From Amoebidium appalachense (lineage: Eukaryota > Protista > Ichthyosporea): DNA of 64,000 bases. Below, one piece after another: positions 1 to 14,712 of this stretch. The notes beneath the pieces are model-generated. The model did no database searches and had not been told where the DNA came from. It saw nothing but the letters and a program-made list of their open reading frames with translations. Location: assembly GCA_963693365.1 (NCBI GenBank), contig CAVNZM010000013.1:248001-312000 (forward strand), written 5' to 3'. A program made the translations under genes and the position numbers. How positions within the stretch are numbered: position 1 is the stretch's first letter; every line of letters begins with the position of its first letter.

Positions 1-990
<990 letters not shown>

Positions 991-1177
991 TCATTTGGGC
1001 TATAGACCTCGAAAAATTAAGATAATTCAACCCTATTTTCGAAATATAGATGATCTTAATATCAGTCATCCCCTGTACGGTATGCTGATACAAACCATCG
1101 TGCACAGCTGCAGGTGACAAGCCTCCCCCCCCCCCGCCCCCTCCCCCCCTCCCCTCCCTCCCCCCCCCCCCCTCCCC

Positions 1178-1461
1178 CCGCCTGGGGGTTGGATACTCAG
1201 GATCCGAGCGAATATTATATTCGCTTGGGGGTTGGATAATCAGGATCCGAGCAATTTTATTTATTTATTTATTTTATATATATATATAGATATATATATT
1301 CGCCTGGGGGGATGGATAATCAGGATGCGAGCGAATATTATATTCGCCTGGGGGGATGGATAATCAGGATGCGAGCAAATATTATATTCGCTTGGGGGTT
1401 GGATACTCAGGATCTGAGCGAATAGTATATTCGCTTGGGGGTTGGATAATCAGGATCCGAG

Positions 1462-1509
<48 letters not shown>

Positions 1510-1915
1510 CTCGCCTGGGGGGATGGATAATCAGGATGCGGGCGAATATTATATTCGCTTGGGGGTTGAATACTCAGGATCCGAGCGAATATTGTTTTTC
1601 TTTTGACTGGATTTATCGACGGAAAGATATGCAAGTATGCACGGCATACTGAGAAGACAATAAAAATTCACGAGTTATCCAGTAACAAGTGCATACTGAG
1701 ATACCTGAACACTGTGTGAAAATCATATAAATACTCAATGTGACGACCACCAGAATTCAACAAAAAGTCTAAAGTGTTCACATTGCCAGCTAGTGTAGCA
1801 GACACCCGTAGGAAAAGAGGTAAAACGAGACATAAAAACTCACACCTATCAACATGCTTACGATTAGGCGAATATCATATTCGCTTGGGGGTTGGATAAT
1901 CAGGATCCGAGCAAA
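1178..1915. repeat. Array of ~45-55 bp repeats (ttcgcttgggggttggataatcaggatccgagcgaatatta); resumes at ~12375-12430
   Basis: About 9 recognisable units, linked by the palindrome gcgaatattatattcgc or by T/TA tracts. Confidence 0.85.
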
Positions 1916-1916
1916 T

Positions 1917-1974
<58 letters not shown>

Positions 1975-2505
1975 ATATATATCTATGAAAACTACTCCGG
2001 GACGTGTGTTGCCTCTAGGGGGACATCCCCTTGGACGAAAGTGAACCTGCAATGGTTGTAAACCACGGCAAGCCCCCAGTCATCAATTTATTGATCCGTG
2101 AGGTCCATGTGCCCAAAAAATGGGGGAAGTCTTCGCCCCGTGAAAAAACAGCACGTATGTGTGGATCAATGGGGGTTGTGTGTGGGTGTAGGTGGGTGGG
2201 TGAAAAGGAATATATAGCTGTAAGGCTGTGGATGCTAAACACAGAAGATGTGTTTGTAGCTTGCTGATCTGCTAAAAACTGTCGTGCTTATATACCTAAG
2301 CCTACCGATCTGAACCAATCAAAAATCGATCTAGTGATATGTGAAATCTGATCCGAGCCAATCATAACTCGGTCTAGTGATCTGTGGTATCTGATGTTTT
2401 GGTTGGCTAATAGGTGCCCGTGTGCGGGCAGCCAACCGCTAACTGCTAAAACACGAAATGAAGCCTACATGGTTATGTTGGTATCGAACACCCATCCTAC
2501 GTGTT

Positions 2506-4563
2506 CTATGAAAACTACTCCGGGACGTGTGTTGCCTCTAGGGGGACATCCCCTTGGACGAAAGTGAACCTGCAATGGTTGTAAACCACGGCAAGCCCCC
2601 AGTCATCAATTTATTGATCCGTGAGGTCCTTGTGCCCAAAAAACGGGGGAAGTCTTCGCCCCGTGAAAAAACAGCACGCATGTGTGGATCAATGGGGGTG
2701 AGTGTGGGTGTAGGTGGGTGGGTGAAAAGAAAATGTATAGCCGTAAGGGCTGTAGGTGCTCAACACAGAAGATGTGTTTGTAGCTTGCTGATCTGCTGAA
2801 AACTGTCTTGCTTATATACCTAAGCCTACCGACCTGAGCCAATTGAAAATCGATCCAGTGATATGTGAATCTGAATCGAACCAATCAAAATCGGTCTAGC
2901 GATATGTGGAATCTGATGTTTTGATTAGCTAATAGGTGCCCGTGTGCGAGCGGCCAATCGCGAACTGCTAAAACACGAAACGAAGCCTACATGGTTATGT
3001 CAATATCGAACACCCATCCTACGTGTTTACCCAGAAAAATATTTATGTCAATAAATTCCACAAATAAAACCTCTATGAAAACTACTCCGGGACGTGTGTT
3101 GCCTCTAGGGGGACATCCCCTTGGACGAAAGTGAACCTGCAATGGTTGTAAACCACGGCACGAGAGCAGTATGCTTGCTCCAAAGGTTTCACTTAAGGAT
3201 AGAGGCAAATACACGTTTGTTAGTGGCAGCCATGGGGGCCGGCGAAGTCGAGTATAGATCAGGGAACAGTCGGAAGATCATCTGCCAAGTTGTTGGATCC
3301 TGGAGTCGTCGACCCCGGCCTCGGCCAGGGCTGTGGCCCCCCCAATTCGGAGGCTGTGGCCGGCAAACCGGGAGGGTGAGAGGCCTGCCCGGGAGAGGAG
3401 GGCACGGAAGTCGTCAGAGAAAACACCCTTGGTGTAGGGAATGCCACCGAGACTGAACAGGGGGTCGTCAGGTTGACCGGATGTCGTATCCAGGAACTGC
3501 CGGAGGAGATGGGCTGGGGAGAAGTGGGTGAGAGGCAGGGCAGCTAGAGTGACGTTGACACTTAGGGCTGTACATCCATCTTGGAGGTTGGCAGGTGGAG
3601 GGTGGCATGGGACAAAGTACTGGTGGGGGTGTAGCTGAAGGTCACGTCCTTCCATTTCACGTGACGGGACGGGTCGAAGGAAGTCAGGGTCTTGGAGGTA
3701 AATTCCCACGAACGGAGGAGACCACAAAAACCGACGATGAGGGCCGTCCAAAGCCGGCGATTGGCTGAGGAGGCCTGGGTGGGGCACTGGCCATGGAGTA
3801 GGCCGAGGTGGGAGGGCAGGAGGGGTTCTCTGGGAGATGATCGGGGTCGGATGTTGTGAGAAAAGCTGCCATCTGCCCACCCCTTGTAGGAACCAGGCGA
3901 GAGACTTGTCGTGGGGGTAGGGAGCCGGAAGTCCCATGTCGAGGTGGAGTCTGGTGATAGCCGAATTGTAGCCGGCCAAGGAAGAGGCCTGTACCCCTTG
4001 TTGGGCACACCAGGCAAGAAAGAGCTGCACGGTGTGTGGGGAGGCCGGGAGGTAGGACCCGGAGGAGGATGGCAGCCGAGATGCCACAAAAATCGATGAA
4101 CACTTTCTGCACCCGGGAGTAGAAGGCCCGAGAGTCGAGGTTGAGACTCAGGGCCTGGCACTCCTGCAGGGTAGTGGTGGCTCGAAGCAGCACGGCCGGA
4201 GCAAAGTGGGGGGCCAATCTGCCAGCGTTGCTCCGGAAGGGAAGATCGGGGGGGGGGGGGGGGAGGGGAGGGGGGGGTTGAGCCCAGGGGAAGGGAGAGG
4301 GCATGTGCCGGAAGGCAGCCTGCACGTCTGCCACTGCCATGTAGCAGCCGGGGCCTGCGTCGAGAATGAGTTGGGGTCCCGGGCTTGTTGTTGTAGTAAC
4401 GGCGCCGATGGGGGAGGAACGGAGGACCGGAAACTCAGCAAGGAATTGGTCCGGGAAGAGGGTGGCCGCGCTGGTGGCCGAGGGGGGGCTGGGCCTCCGG
4501 GTCTGAGCCTCGGGGGAAGGTGTGGTTAGCAAGGGTGGGGCACCCTCGGGGAGACCCCGGCAG

Positions 4564-4597
<34 letters not shown>

Positions 4598-7437
4598 CAG
4601 GGCCCCGGGGGGTTTAGAGTAGGGCAGCTGGGCCCGAGAGAGGTTGCAGGCAGGGCAGCGGGGCCATGTGCAGGGGATGCCCGAGCACGCAGGGATGCGG
4701 GTGGACACAGAGTTAGAAGGGGGGGGGAGGGAGTGCTAGGTGAGTGTAAGGGGGGGGGGGGGAGGCTCGTGGGATGGGTGGGGAGTAAAATTATGTGCAG
4801 TGGCCAGAATAACGTCTTTTGTGTAGGGACATGTATTCTGTGGCGCGCGCGGGCGCCGTAGGTGGCCTGCAAAAAAATTTGTACTCAGCCCTAGTGGCCC
4901 GTGCTCCCGAGCTCCGTGTCCCTGTACCCGTGTATCCTAGCTCCTAGCCCCTATGTTCTATCTTGTGTGTGCGGGCAGCTGGGCCCGAGGGAGGTTGCAG
5001 GCAGAACAGCGGGGCCATGTGCAGGGGATGCCCGAGCACGCGGGGATGCGGGCGGACACAGAGTTAGAAGGGGGGGGGGGGGGGGGGGGGGGGAGGGAGT
5101 GCTAGGTGAGTGTAAGGGGGGGGGGGAGGCTCGTGGGATGGGTGGGGAGTAAAATTATGTGCAGTGGCCAGAATAACGTCTTTGTGTAGGGACATGTATT
5201 CTGTGGCGCGCGCGGGCGCCGTAGGTGGCCTGCAAAAATTTGTACTCAGCCCTAGTGGCCCGTGCTCCCGAGCTCCGTGTCCCTGTACCCGTGTATCCTA
5301 GCACCTAGCCCCTATGTTCTATCTGTGTGTGCGGGCAGCTGGGCCCGAGGGAGGTTGCAGGCAGAACAGCGGGGCCATGTGCAGGGGATGCCCGAGCACG
5401 CGGGGATGCGGGTGGACACAGAGTTAGAAGGGGGGGGGGGGGGGGGGGGGGGGGGCTAGGTGAGTGTAAGGGGGGGGGGCTCGTGGGATGGGTGGGGAGT
5501 AAAATTATGTGCAGTGGCCAGAATAACGTCTTTGTGTAGGGACATGTATTCTGTGGCGCGCGCGGGCGCCGTAGGTGGCTTGCGAAAATTTGTACTTAGC
5601 CCTAGTGACCCGAGCTCCCGAGCTCCGTGTCCCTGTACCCGTGTATCCTAGCTCCTAGCCCCTATGTTCTATCTGTGTGTGTGGGTGTGCGCGTAGACTA
5701 GGCATTAGGCTTGCAGTCTTTGCGGGGGTGTGTGCCAGAGCAGAGCGGGCACACGTGGGAGAGGGGGCAGGGCTGCTTAGCGCAGGACCGACCTTAAATG
5801 TGGAAATTCATGTAGTGCGTGGCGGGTAGCTCCACCGATCGGGCCGGTGTTGCCAGGCCGGGGTGCGGGTCGGGGCGGTTGGGGGTTTGTCCCCCGCCGG
5901 GCTTGTGGGGCGGTGTGAAGCCATCAAGTCTTAGACCACAGCCGGGCTTGGGGTACTACATGGGACAGGCCTGAGGGGGGGCTTCAGGGGTAGAGGGGAG
6001 AGTGGCTTGGAGGGTCCGTGGTGGTGGGGGCCGCCGGAGGCGCGTCAGTGCCCGCGGGAGCGTTGGGCAGCTGGTTGCGGAGGTCGCGTAATTTGAAATT
6101 CGTTTGGAGGGGCGTCGAGCCTGAGGGTTCTTGCTGCTCGGGGGTTACTGGGAAAGCCGGAACAGGGAGGGGAGGAGGGGCTTTGACGGGATTGGTTTTG
6201 GGATCAGGCACGACGGAGGCAGGGTCAAAGGCAGGTAAGTCCGGACGGAGAAGGTTAACTGGGTCGGGCCAGGGGCTTTGGAAACGGGGGCGGGCAGCAC
6301 GGTAGGCTGGCTGGGCAGAAACGTGGATGGGCAGGCAGCACGGTAGGCTGGCTGGGCAGAAACGTGGATGGGAACGACCGGACCTGGCAGCATGTGTAGC
6401 TGGCCGGGGTCGGGTGGCAACAGGGGGGAACAGCTGCAAGGGAACTGGGGCCGTGCAGGGTTTGGGGTAGCTGAGATCTCGACGAGGCTGGCCTTGTGAT
6501 CTGAGGAAAAAAAAAAAAAATGCTGCTGGAATGCGGGGCAGACCAATGGAATGTGAGGTATCCATCGACAGTGAAGTCATGGTGGGGGGAGACATGGCGG
6601 GAAACAGGGTGGGAAAACAGGGAAGGAGGCGGGTTGAACACGGTAAGCTGTTCTGGCAGGGACTTGGGGTCAGTACTCCTGAACAGTAGGAAAGCACAAG
6701 GTGCTTTGACTGGGTTTAACATAAGCGACGCGATTGGAGTACCGTATTTGAATACTCAGAAGGGCAATCGGGCAAGGACTATGAGCGAGGATAGTCAATG
6801 CGGATCGAAGCGGGGTGTGAAATTCTAGGCCATCGGGATTGAAAACGGGGTTTGAAATTAGACGAGTGGTAGGGACTTAGATCACAGCGGCGCGGCGCGT
6901 GAGGGACCATGTCAGGAAATCTTCTTGAAGTGTCGAGGAACTTGTAGGGCGACTAGCCCTAACCGGGACGGAACTGGCAGGAGTGCAAGCCTAACTTGCG
7001 AGGAGGACACGAGGGCAAGCTGAACTTGCAAGGATGGCACGATTGTCAAGGTGTGACAGAAGCTCGTGTCAAGAGTTGTCACGGAGTGTGAAAAGAAAAT
7101 GTATAGCCGTAAGGGCTGTAGGTGCTCAACACAGAAGATGTGTTTGTAGCTTGCTGATCTGCTGAAAACTGTCTTGCTTATATACCTAAGCCTACCGACC
7201 TGAGCCAATTGAAAATCGATCCAGTGATATGTGAATCTGAATCGAACCAATCAAAATCGGTCTAGCGATATGTGGAATCTGATGTTTTGATTAGCTAATA
7301 GGTGCCCGTGTGCGAGCGGCCAATCGCGAACTGCTAAAACACGAAACGAAGCCTACATGGTTATGTCAATATCGAACACCCATCCTACGTGTTTACCCAG
7401 AAAAATATTTATGTCAATAAATTCCACAAATAAAACC
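2506..7437 (-). mobile_element. Ngaro-type YR retrotransposon, internally deleted non-autonomous copy (N1)
   Basis: A1...B1-A2-spacer-B2 layout; frameshifted YR; most of RT missing; near-identical reverse complement of 25565-30498. Confidence 0.9.
3190..4330 (-). pseudogene. Tyrosine recombinase of N1, frameshifted with premature stop
   Basis: GLLRSWE and GHSLRIGGAT motifs in different frames; GRW becomes GR-stop. Confidence 0.85.
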
Positions 7438-7636
7438 TTACCCAGAAAAATTTTATGTCAATAATTTCCACAAATAAAACCTATATATCAACACGCTAAG
7501 AACATGTGGACCGGACAGTCGCCCTCGATTCAAATGTCGCTCTTTATTATCTCTAATAAATAGTATCCTTCGCGCATCCACCCCTAAACCAGGCCATCCG
7601 TGGCCCTAAGGGCCGGGGAACACCCCCATCCATGTC

Positions 7637-8822
7637 ATGGCACATGCCTATAATCGTTTCAGAACCTCTTTCAAAGTTCCATCTACACCCATCACACATG
7701 TGCGACCATTAAAACGTCCAGCAGATACACCTACCACAGATGCACAACCAGAAAAACATCGCCTTAGACTAAGCGCAACACCTATTTACAATACACTACC
7801 CATTCAGAATAACACCACACCACTCCGTAGAAACACAATAACAACCATGCCGAAACTTTCGGTTGATACAGTACTGGCAGAACTTGCCCTCGTTAAGAAA
7901 CAGCTAAATGAGCTGTTACCACTCAAGAACATGATAGAAAAACTCCAAACAGAAAATACCCAACTCAAGCTCACCATTGATTCACTCACAGCCCAGCTAA
8001 ACATTAGTGGATCGCAAAACCCCAAAACTCATGAGCAAACATCTCGCGACGGAGACATTTCCACCCCAACACAAAACAACACAGGACCGGAAGCACAGCT
8101 CCCGGCAGAGTTCCTAGAATATGCGAACTCTCGTAAAGCACCCGAGCTCCGCCAAATTGCCAAGGAAACATATGCCAGCATTCTTGCAGGCAACGAGTAC
8201 CGCCGCAACTCCCCTCCCCAAACCGCCGGCTAAGGGGAACACCCAAGCAAACGGTAACATCAACATCCCACCCAAATACGAGAGGGTGTATTTCAAAGTC
8301 AAGCACGGCAGACGCCCACACAGGGCCATGTGGTCCATCTTCAAGGCTCTCGGCTTCCGGTGCTCTCGCATCCTTTGTCTGTCCTTCATTGGATACGATG
8401 TGCTGGAAGTAGCAGTACGGGGCGACTATAACCGTGCGTTCATCCGTGACGCGACAAAGGGGTGTGGAAGCTTCTTCACCCACCTCCCAAGCTACGACCC
8501 ATGCGCGCCGGAAAACATTCAGAAAGCAGACAAAGAACGTAAAGTGTCTGCTAAGAATGCGTGCGCCACACGTTGTCGTGTACGCATCAGCAAGGCAAAA
8601 GAGTTCCTCGCAAAGTTGGAAAACGATGCTACGAGCGTGATAGACACGGACACGAAGGAACCAATGTTTTCTGGTGAGAAACTGCTCGAGCGCAAACGCC
8701 GATGCGAGATGGAAATCGAGCTCTTCTGCGAACTGTTCGCGCTGGCGGAAGGTCGTGCATACGACCCCGTAAGCGACAAGTGGGAACCAACCCCACAGGT
8801 GTCGGACCAAACCGATGCCTAA
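7637..8822 (+). pseudogene. LINE ORF1, 1-bp frameshift in a C-run near 8215
   Basis: ORFs 7637-8233 and 8121-8822 join to match intact ORF1 at 39507-40691. Confidence 0.85.
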
Positions 8823-11800
8823 TTTATCCTTCTTCTTCTGGAATGCTCGGACACTGGGCCCCCAAAAGGGCCTCCCCCCCGGGACACTCGACGATAAAAT
8901 CAGCTACATACAACAACAGACAAACAACCACACGTTTACAGTGATTTGCGAAACACAGTTTAAAAACCACCACAAATTCAACTCTACATTGGTCGACACA
9001 TCCACACACCCCGGTTACGCGAAAAACCGAGGCATTATTGTACTTGCCGCACCACACGTGAGAGTGAAGTGCAAACCGGTAGCAAAAACGGAATTCTCGG
9101 TTTCTATAGAGTTTCTTTCTAATGTTTTTACTTTTGTATATTACCCACCATCTATGTCGGTTGTCGAATTGACTCACGAGTTGTCACAGTTACCAATGTC
9201 CACTGTTATTTTAGGTGATTTTAACACGCGACTCCACCACACAGACACACTGCAAGTGAGTGTCGGGTACCCATCTAAGCCCCCGGAGCGTGCTATCCCT
9301 TTAGCAAGGTATGTCCAAAGTCACACTTTGCGGTTCCCTCAAATATCCCATGCCCACAACACCGACTGGGGAGTGGCCTTTTGGCCATCAACCATGTCAA
9401 AACTCTCTCTCCCTCCTAACCTCTCTAGGTCATCTGACCACTCTCCTATCCTTTTCCTACCTAAGATCTCCCTTGATCTGCTCCCCCCTCCCCCTCCCAC
9501 CTTTCGCCTCCGTCTATCCCAGCTTAAGTCACAGTGGGGTAGAGTTGATGTATGTGTATGCTATGCTACGAAACACCCTATATATATGCGCCTATTAGAA
9601 TCTGCACAAGCCAGGCCAGATTCACATCTCGTACTAGATACATGCACTAACTTTATTGTTGATGATTTGATAGATCTCGGTGATTATGCTGGCGGTGGTA
9701 GGAAGGAATATCCCGATGCTCTCTTGTTACCAAACACCACTCCCGCTAGACTAGGTGAACCCCTGTCTCAAAAGGAAAGCTTGCGCCGGCTTGCTAGTAT
9801 GAATCGATTTGGCCCCCCTGCTCGTATTATTGGTGATACCACTGGAGACCCCCTCATAGACTCTGATAAGTATTTCTCGGAACTGTTTAAAGATAGGACC
9901 CCCGCTCAGAAACCTATTGTGTGGCCTGTAGACCCATCTATCCCCATAGAATCGATCCTCCCCTTTTTCAGTCCCGATGCCATATGGTCTGTGATATCTA
10001 GTTATAGCTCTAGTAAGTCTTGTGGACCTGATGGACTCCCTGCTGGGTTTCTTAAAATCCTTGTTCCCTCCTACCCACAAAAGGAAAGTGATCGTGCTAT
10101 TAAACCTGATCTTACTATCATGTTAAGCTCTCTCTTTTCTTGGTGTGTTAAATGTGGACATGTCCCGTCATCTTGGTTAGATACCTTAGTGATCCCCATA
10201 GTTAAGAAGGACTCTGAGGGCCCCATATCATCCTTTCGCCCCATTACACTAACCCAGGTTGTTCGTAGATTCTTTGAAGCTTGCTTACTTAGGTTATTTG
10301 CACATCACCCTAGGTTTCAATCTATTCTTCACATACACCCATGCCAATCCGCTTTTCGTAAAAACAATTCATGTTATGTTCAAATAATGGCACTGCACGA
10401 TTCTATGCAAGTTGGTGCACAATATGTTGGCTTTATTGATTGGAAAACTGCTTACGATTCTGTCTCCCCTGGTCTCCTATGGGAAAAGCTTGCTGCACGG
10501 GGTGTACCACACTGCATTGGTGTTCTGTTAGAAGCACTCTTGTCTCAAACCTATGGTAGAGCTGTGGTTAATGGGCATCTTTCATATGGTTTTGCTCGTA
10601 CTAGAGGTCTCTTGCAGGGTTCATTGCTTAGCCCCTTTTTGTTTAACCTATTTATAGATGATTTGGCTGTCAAGATTTACGCCGAAAACGATGACCCTAT
10701 TAATAACTTTCCGCCTGCACTTCTCTATGCTGATGATCTGTCCCTCCTTGCCCGTACCCCTAGACGCCTGCAAAGATTGTTCGATGTAGTGTCAGAGTGG
10801 TGCAAGGCAAACCTTATGATCCTTAACATAGACAAATGTGGTGTTCTTGTACCTGATATAGCTAACAATTTACACACATTTACATTATCATCTAAACCTG
10901 TACCTATAGTTCCAGAATACAAATATCTTGGTGTTCCGGTTGATTCTGTTGGTGTTATGTTTCCCCATATGGTCGAAAAGAGGGTAGAGTTGGCTCGTAA
11001 GCGGTTAGCTTTCTTCTCGGCTAATATTTTTAAAGACACACCCCTCCATCCTTCTATTAGACTTACATTTATTCGCACTTTTGTCTTCCCGGCATGTGAA
11101 TATGGTTTACCCCTTCTCGCCGCTTGGATCAAGAAAGAGAGAACTAGAGCGCTTAAACCCTTGGCAAATTTCCTTGAAGCAGAAGTTGCCTCCTTTCTAT
11201 CTAACAACTGTTGTAAACCTGGGCCTGCAACGCTCTCGATATATGGTCTGGTCCCAATAGCTGCTAGAGTATCCTATCTCGCGCTGAAATTCAATAAGCA
11301 CATAAGCCGCTTAAAGAAGTATTTGCCCTCCCACCCTCTCTTCTCTATCCGACCTGTCCCCTCCTCACCTCTCCCCTCTTTCCTCCCCCTCTCTCTCCCC
11401 TTCTCCCCTGGGCACAAATACAAATAAACCCCGCAATAGTGTGTGTGTGACTTTGGACTGCCACTTACTTATTAAACATGTACACAATCACAAGAAAATC
11501 ACGCAATATAACAAATGGAAAAAGATACCACACGACACTAGACCCGATGAAAGCATACACCTTGAAAAACTAAGCCTTATGTCTCGTTTTATATATACTG
11601 ACCGCCTCAACCATATTGCCAAATATGGCACTCGCAAGTGTATAACACCTAAATACATATTACCTTCCTGTAGAACTGGTCTTTCTCTAGCTGATGGTAT
11701 TATTGATCAATTACCACGCTTTTACTGTACACGTGCTATACAGTGGAGATCTAATAAGTATAAGGTGGCATCATTTGCATGCCCAAACAACACACACACA

Positions 11801-12010
11801 CACCAGTTTAACCGGTCATGTATCGCCAAATGTAGTTTGATAGACCACATAATACCGCAACACACACACGTCACATTCACAACAGACACCCAGAAAGATT
11901 GCCTACCTGTAAATTACAACATCCTTGATTTTATACTAAACACGCGTAACTACGACCTGTTTATTAGATGTATTGATTGGCTTGAGAAACACATCACTAC
12001 AAAATTATAG
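8815..12010 (+). CDS. LINE ORF2 (APE endonuclease + reverse transcriptase), one frameshift near 11400
   Basis: APE: WNARTL, ICETQ, ILGDFN, SDHSPI. RT: SCGPDG, FRPITL, QSAFR, IDWKTAYDSV, QGSLLSPFLF, YADD, YKYLG. C-terminus in ORF 11441-12010. Confidence 0.92.
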
Positions 12011-12031
12011 CGCACGCGCACACACACACAC

Positions 12032-12080
<49 letters not shown>

Positions 12081-12112
12081 CCAGCTGATACCGAGTGTCC
12101 CGAGGGGAGCCC

Positions 12113-12156
<44 letters not shown>

Positions 12157-12464
12157 GGGGAACCCCAACTAATTGATTTCTCCTTGTAGTCTTTATGGTG
12201 TCTCGTAGAGAAAGTAAACCCTGATATATAGTCACCACCCGACATCTATGTACGTGATCATGATATACCGCTGAGGAGATATTCCGAGCAAACCCCCCCC
12301 CCCCATACCTGAGACTGGTTCTCTTTGCCTCGAGTAAACAGCGTAAACCCCATATATATATATATATATATATTATATATTCGTTTGGGGGGAGGATAAT
12401 CAGGATGCGAGCGAATATATATTCGCTGGGAACAAAAGCGAAAAATCGCGGGGGAAACAGACCA

Positions 12465-12499
<35 letters not shown>

Positions 12500-13549
12500 T
12501 CGCCGGGGGGAGATAATAGGAGCCACGAAAAATCGCCGGAGGCAGACGAGCAAAACTACCAGAGATAACCCCCCCCTTTTTTGGATCCGCGTTTCTGGGG
12601 TTTTCCGGATATTTTTTTATAGGTTTTTTTTTTTTTTTTTTGCAGATGGCGTCCCACCTTCCCACATCAGCAATCTTGTTGCGGCATCCAAAAGCTGTCG
12701 TAAACTACCCGACGACATCGGAAACCCCTCAACACCTCCAAAACTAACCCCAAATACATATCATTGCTCCCCGACGTCCAATGGATGTGTCGTAATATGC
12801 TCGATCCGATACCCGATGCACCAATGGATGTACATAGAACCCCGCGAGTGCATATCCAATGGGTGTGCAATGTAGCCATCTAACCGGACGTGCAATAGAT
12901 CCAACATACGACGTCCAGTCGGTGGGTATATGACGGCGGCCAGGGGGCATTCAGACAGTCGTAACACCGTCTACGGGAGGATCAGAACGCCACCCTGTGG
13001 ACGATCTTATGCATGTCTATGGTTTGATGTAAAGCCATATAACGGAGCACTGTAAACGCATCGAATGTATGGTATTAATACCCTCTTGATCAAATACGTA
13101 TGACTATCACATGTATGTCTATCGTTTGTTGTAAAGCAATGCAATGGAGCACTGCAAAACCATCCAGTTGATTAGGTTTTATTTGTGGAAATTATTGACA
13201 TAAATATTTTTCTGGGTAAACACGTAGGATGGGTGTCCGATATCAACAGGCTTCGTTTCATGTTTTAGCAGTTCGCGTTCGGCTGCCCGCATACGGGCAC
13301 CTATTAGCCGATCAAAACATCAGATTCCACAGATCACTAGACCGAGGTTGATTGGCTCAGGATAAGATTTCACATAACACTAGATCGGTTTTGATTGGCT
13401 CAGTTCGGCAGCCTTAGGTATATAAGCACGACAGTTTTTTAGCAGATCAGCAAGCAACAACACATCTTCTGTGTTTAGCACCTACAGCTTTACAGCTATA
13501 TTTTCGCTATATTTTCTTTTTCTCCCTATCTCTCCCTACGCCGGTCAGC

Positions 13550-14712
13550 ATGCCGCCGAAAAAGCGCCAGGCCTCAGCCGCCGCCCCTGCCACGGCACCT
13601 AAGCGCCTGACCCGCAGCGACCTCCGCCACAGGCTGACCAACGCTCCCGCGGGCACTGACGCGCCTCCAGCGGTCCATACCACCACGGACCCTCCGGCTA
13701 CTCTCCCCTCTACTCCTGAAGTCCCTCCTCAGGCCCCACCGTCCCCGCCAATGACTTCTCAAGACGCCGTCCTTGCCGCCCTCACCGCCATCAGCACCCA
13801 GATGGCTGGCGTCCTGGCCGCTCTCACCAACCGCGACCCTCCCGCGCCCCCCGCCGCGCCCTCCGCACCCGGGGAGGTTTCCCTGGGGCTGCATCTCGGC
13901 CCGGACCTGGATCTACCTGCCCTGCCCGTGCCCCCCATTACAGGTGAGAACACTGGCGACATTCAGCCGGGCACACTCCCCGCTTCCCCCCGCGGATGTG
14001 CTGGCAGATTTGCGCGCCAATCGTTTCGTCGACCTGTATAAGTTCACCCCCGCCGCCCTCCTGGCCCCATCCAAGAAAGGTCAGCATCTGCGCATGGCCG
14101 ACGACGGCAGCATCGAGACTGTTCGCCAAGACAAACCTGTTCCCCTGCGTTCACTCGTCATTTGGATCCAAGCTTGGACCCATTACATGGCCGCCAAGCA
14201 CCACCTCGGCCTCCCCACGGACAAAGAAGTACTTTGGACTCAGCACATCGCTCGCCTCAGCACCCGATACCCGTGGGCCCAGATCCACAACTATGACGTA
14301 TACGCCCGAACCGTTGCCCACCAGCAGGGTCGAGCTCCGATCGAGTGTCCCAACCTGCTCGCCCAACTCCACCAGGATCTCCTCCTGCCACCCACTCTGC
14401 TCATACCGGACGCATGTCAGCGCTGCGGCTTCCCCCGACCACCCCAGCGCGGCCTGCCCCATGTACCCCAAGCCCGGCTGTGGTCTTGATGGTTTCGAGC
14501 CGCCCCACAAGCCCGGCGGGGGCCAAAACCCCAACCGACCCGGCCCGCAACCCGGCCCGGCACCACCGGCCCGACCCGTGGATCTACCCGCGGCACACTG
14601 CAGGAATTTCCACAACGGTCGGTCCTGCGCTAAGCAGCCCTGCCCCTTCTCCCACGTGTGCCCGCTCTGCTCTGGCATACACCCCCGCAAAGACTGCAAA
14701 CACAATGCCTAG
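13550..14712 (+). pseudogene. Ngaro gag-like ORF1 with C-terminal Cys/His fingers, frameshifted
   Basis: MPPKKR start; FVDL...YPWAQIHNYDVYAR core; CRNFHNGRSC-C-H-CPLCSGIH-C cluster across three frames. Confidence 0.8.

Larger units (their letters stand above)
1983..7481 (-). mobile_element. Ngaro-type solo A-spacer-B derivative (no ORFs) in a (TA)n tract, split by the nested copy at 2506-7437
   Basis: B repeat from 1983, spacer, A repeat breaking at 2505 (gtgtt) and resuming at ~7438-7481 (tacccag...aaaacc); TA runs on both sides. Confidence 0.8.
7525..12351 (+). mobile_element. Near full-length APE-RT non-LTR retrotransposon (LINE), copy 1
   Basis: ORF1, ORF2, (CA)n, poly-A and a ~195 bp tail ending gtaaacccc; nearly identical to 39394-44217. 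Confidence 0.95.

Noticed and set aside
1178-1915. Possible CRISPR array
   Set aside because: Linkers are homopolymer/TA runs or repeated palindromes, not unique spacers
2015-3214. Recurrent small ORFs (MDESEPAM..., MVRFRFTY...)
   Set aside because: Chance frames in the non-coding A/B repeats, repeated only because the repeats are
12156-12351. Hammerhead ribozyme or tRNA-derived SINE in the LINE tail
   Set aside because: No CTGATGA/GAAA core in proper stems and no clear A/B boxes by eye
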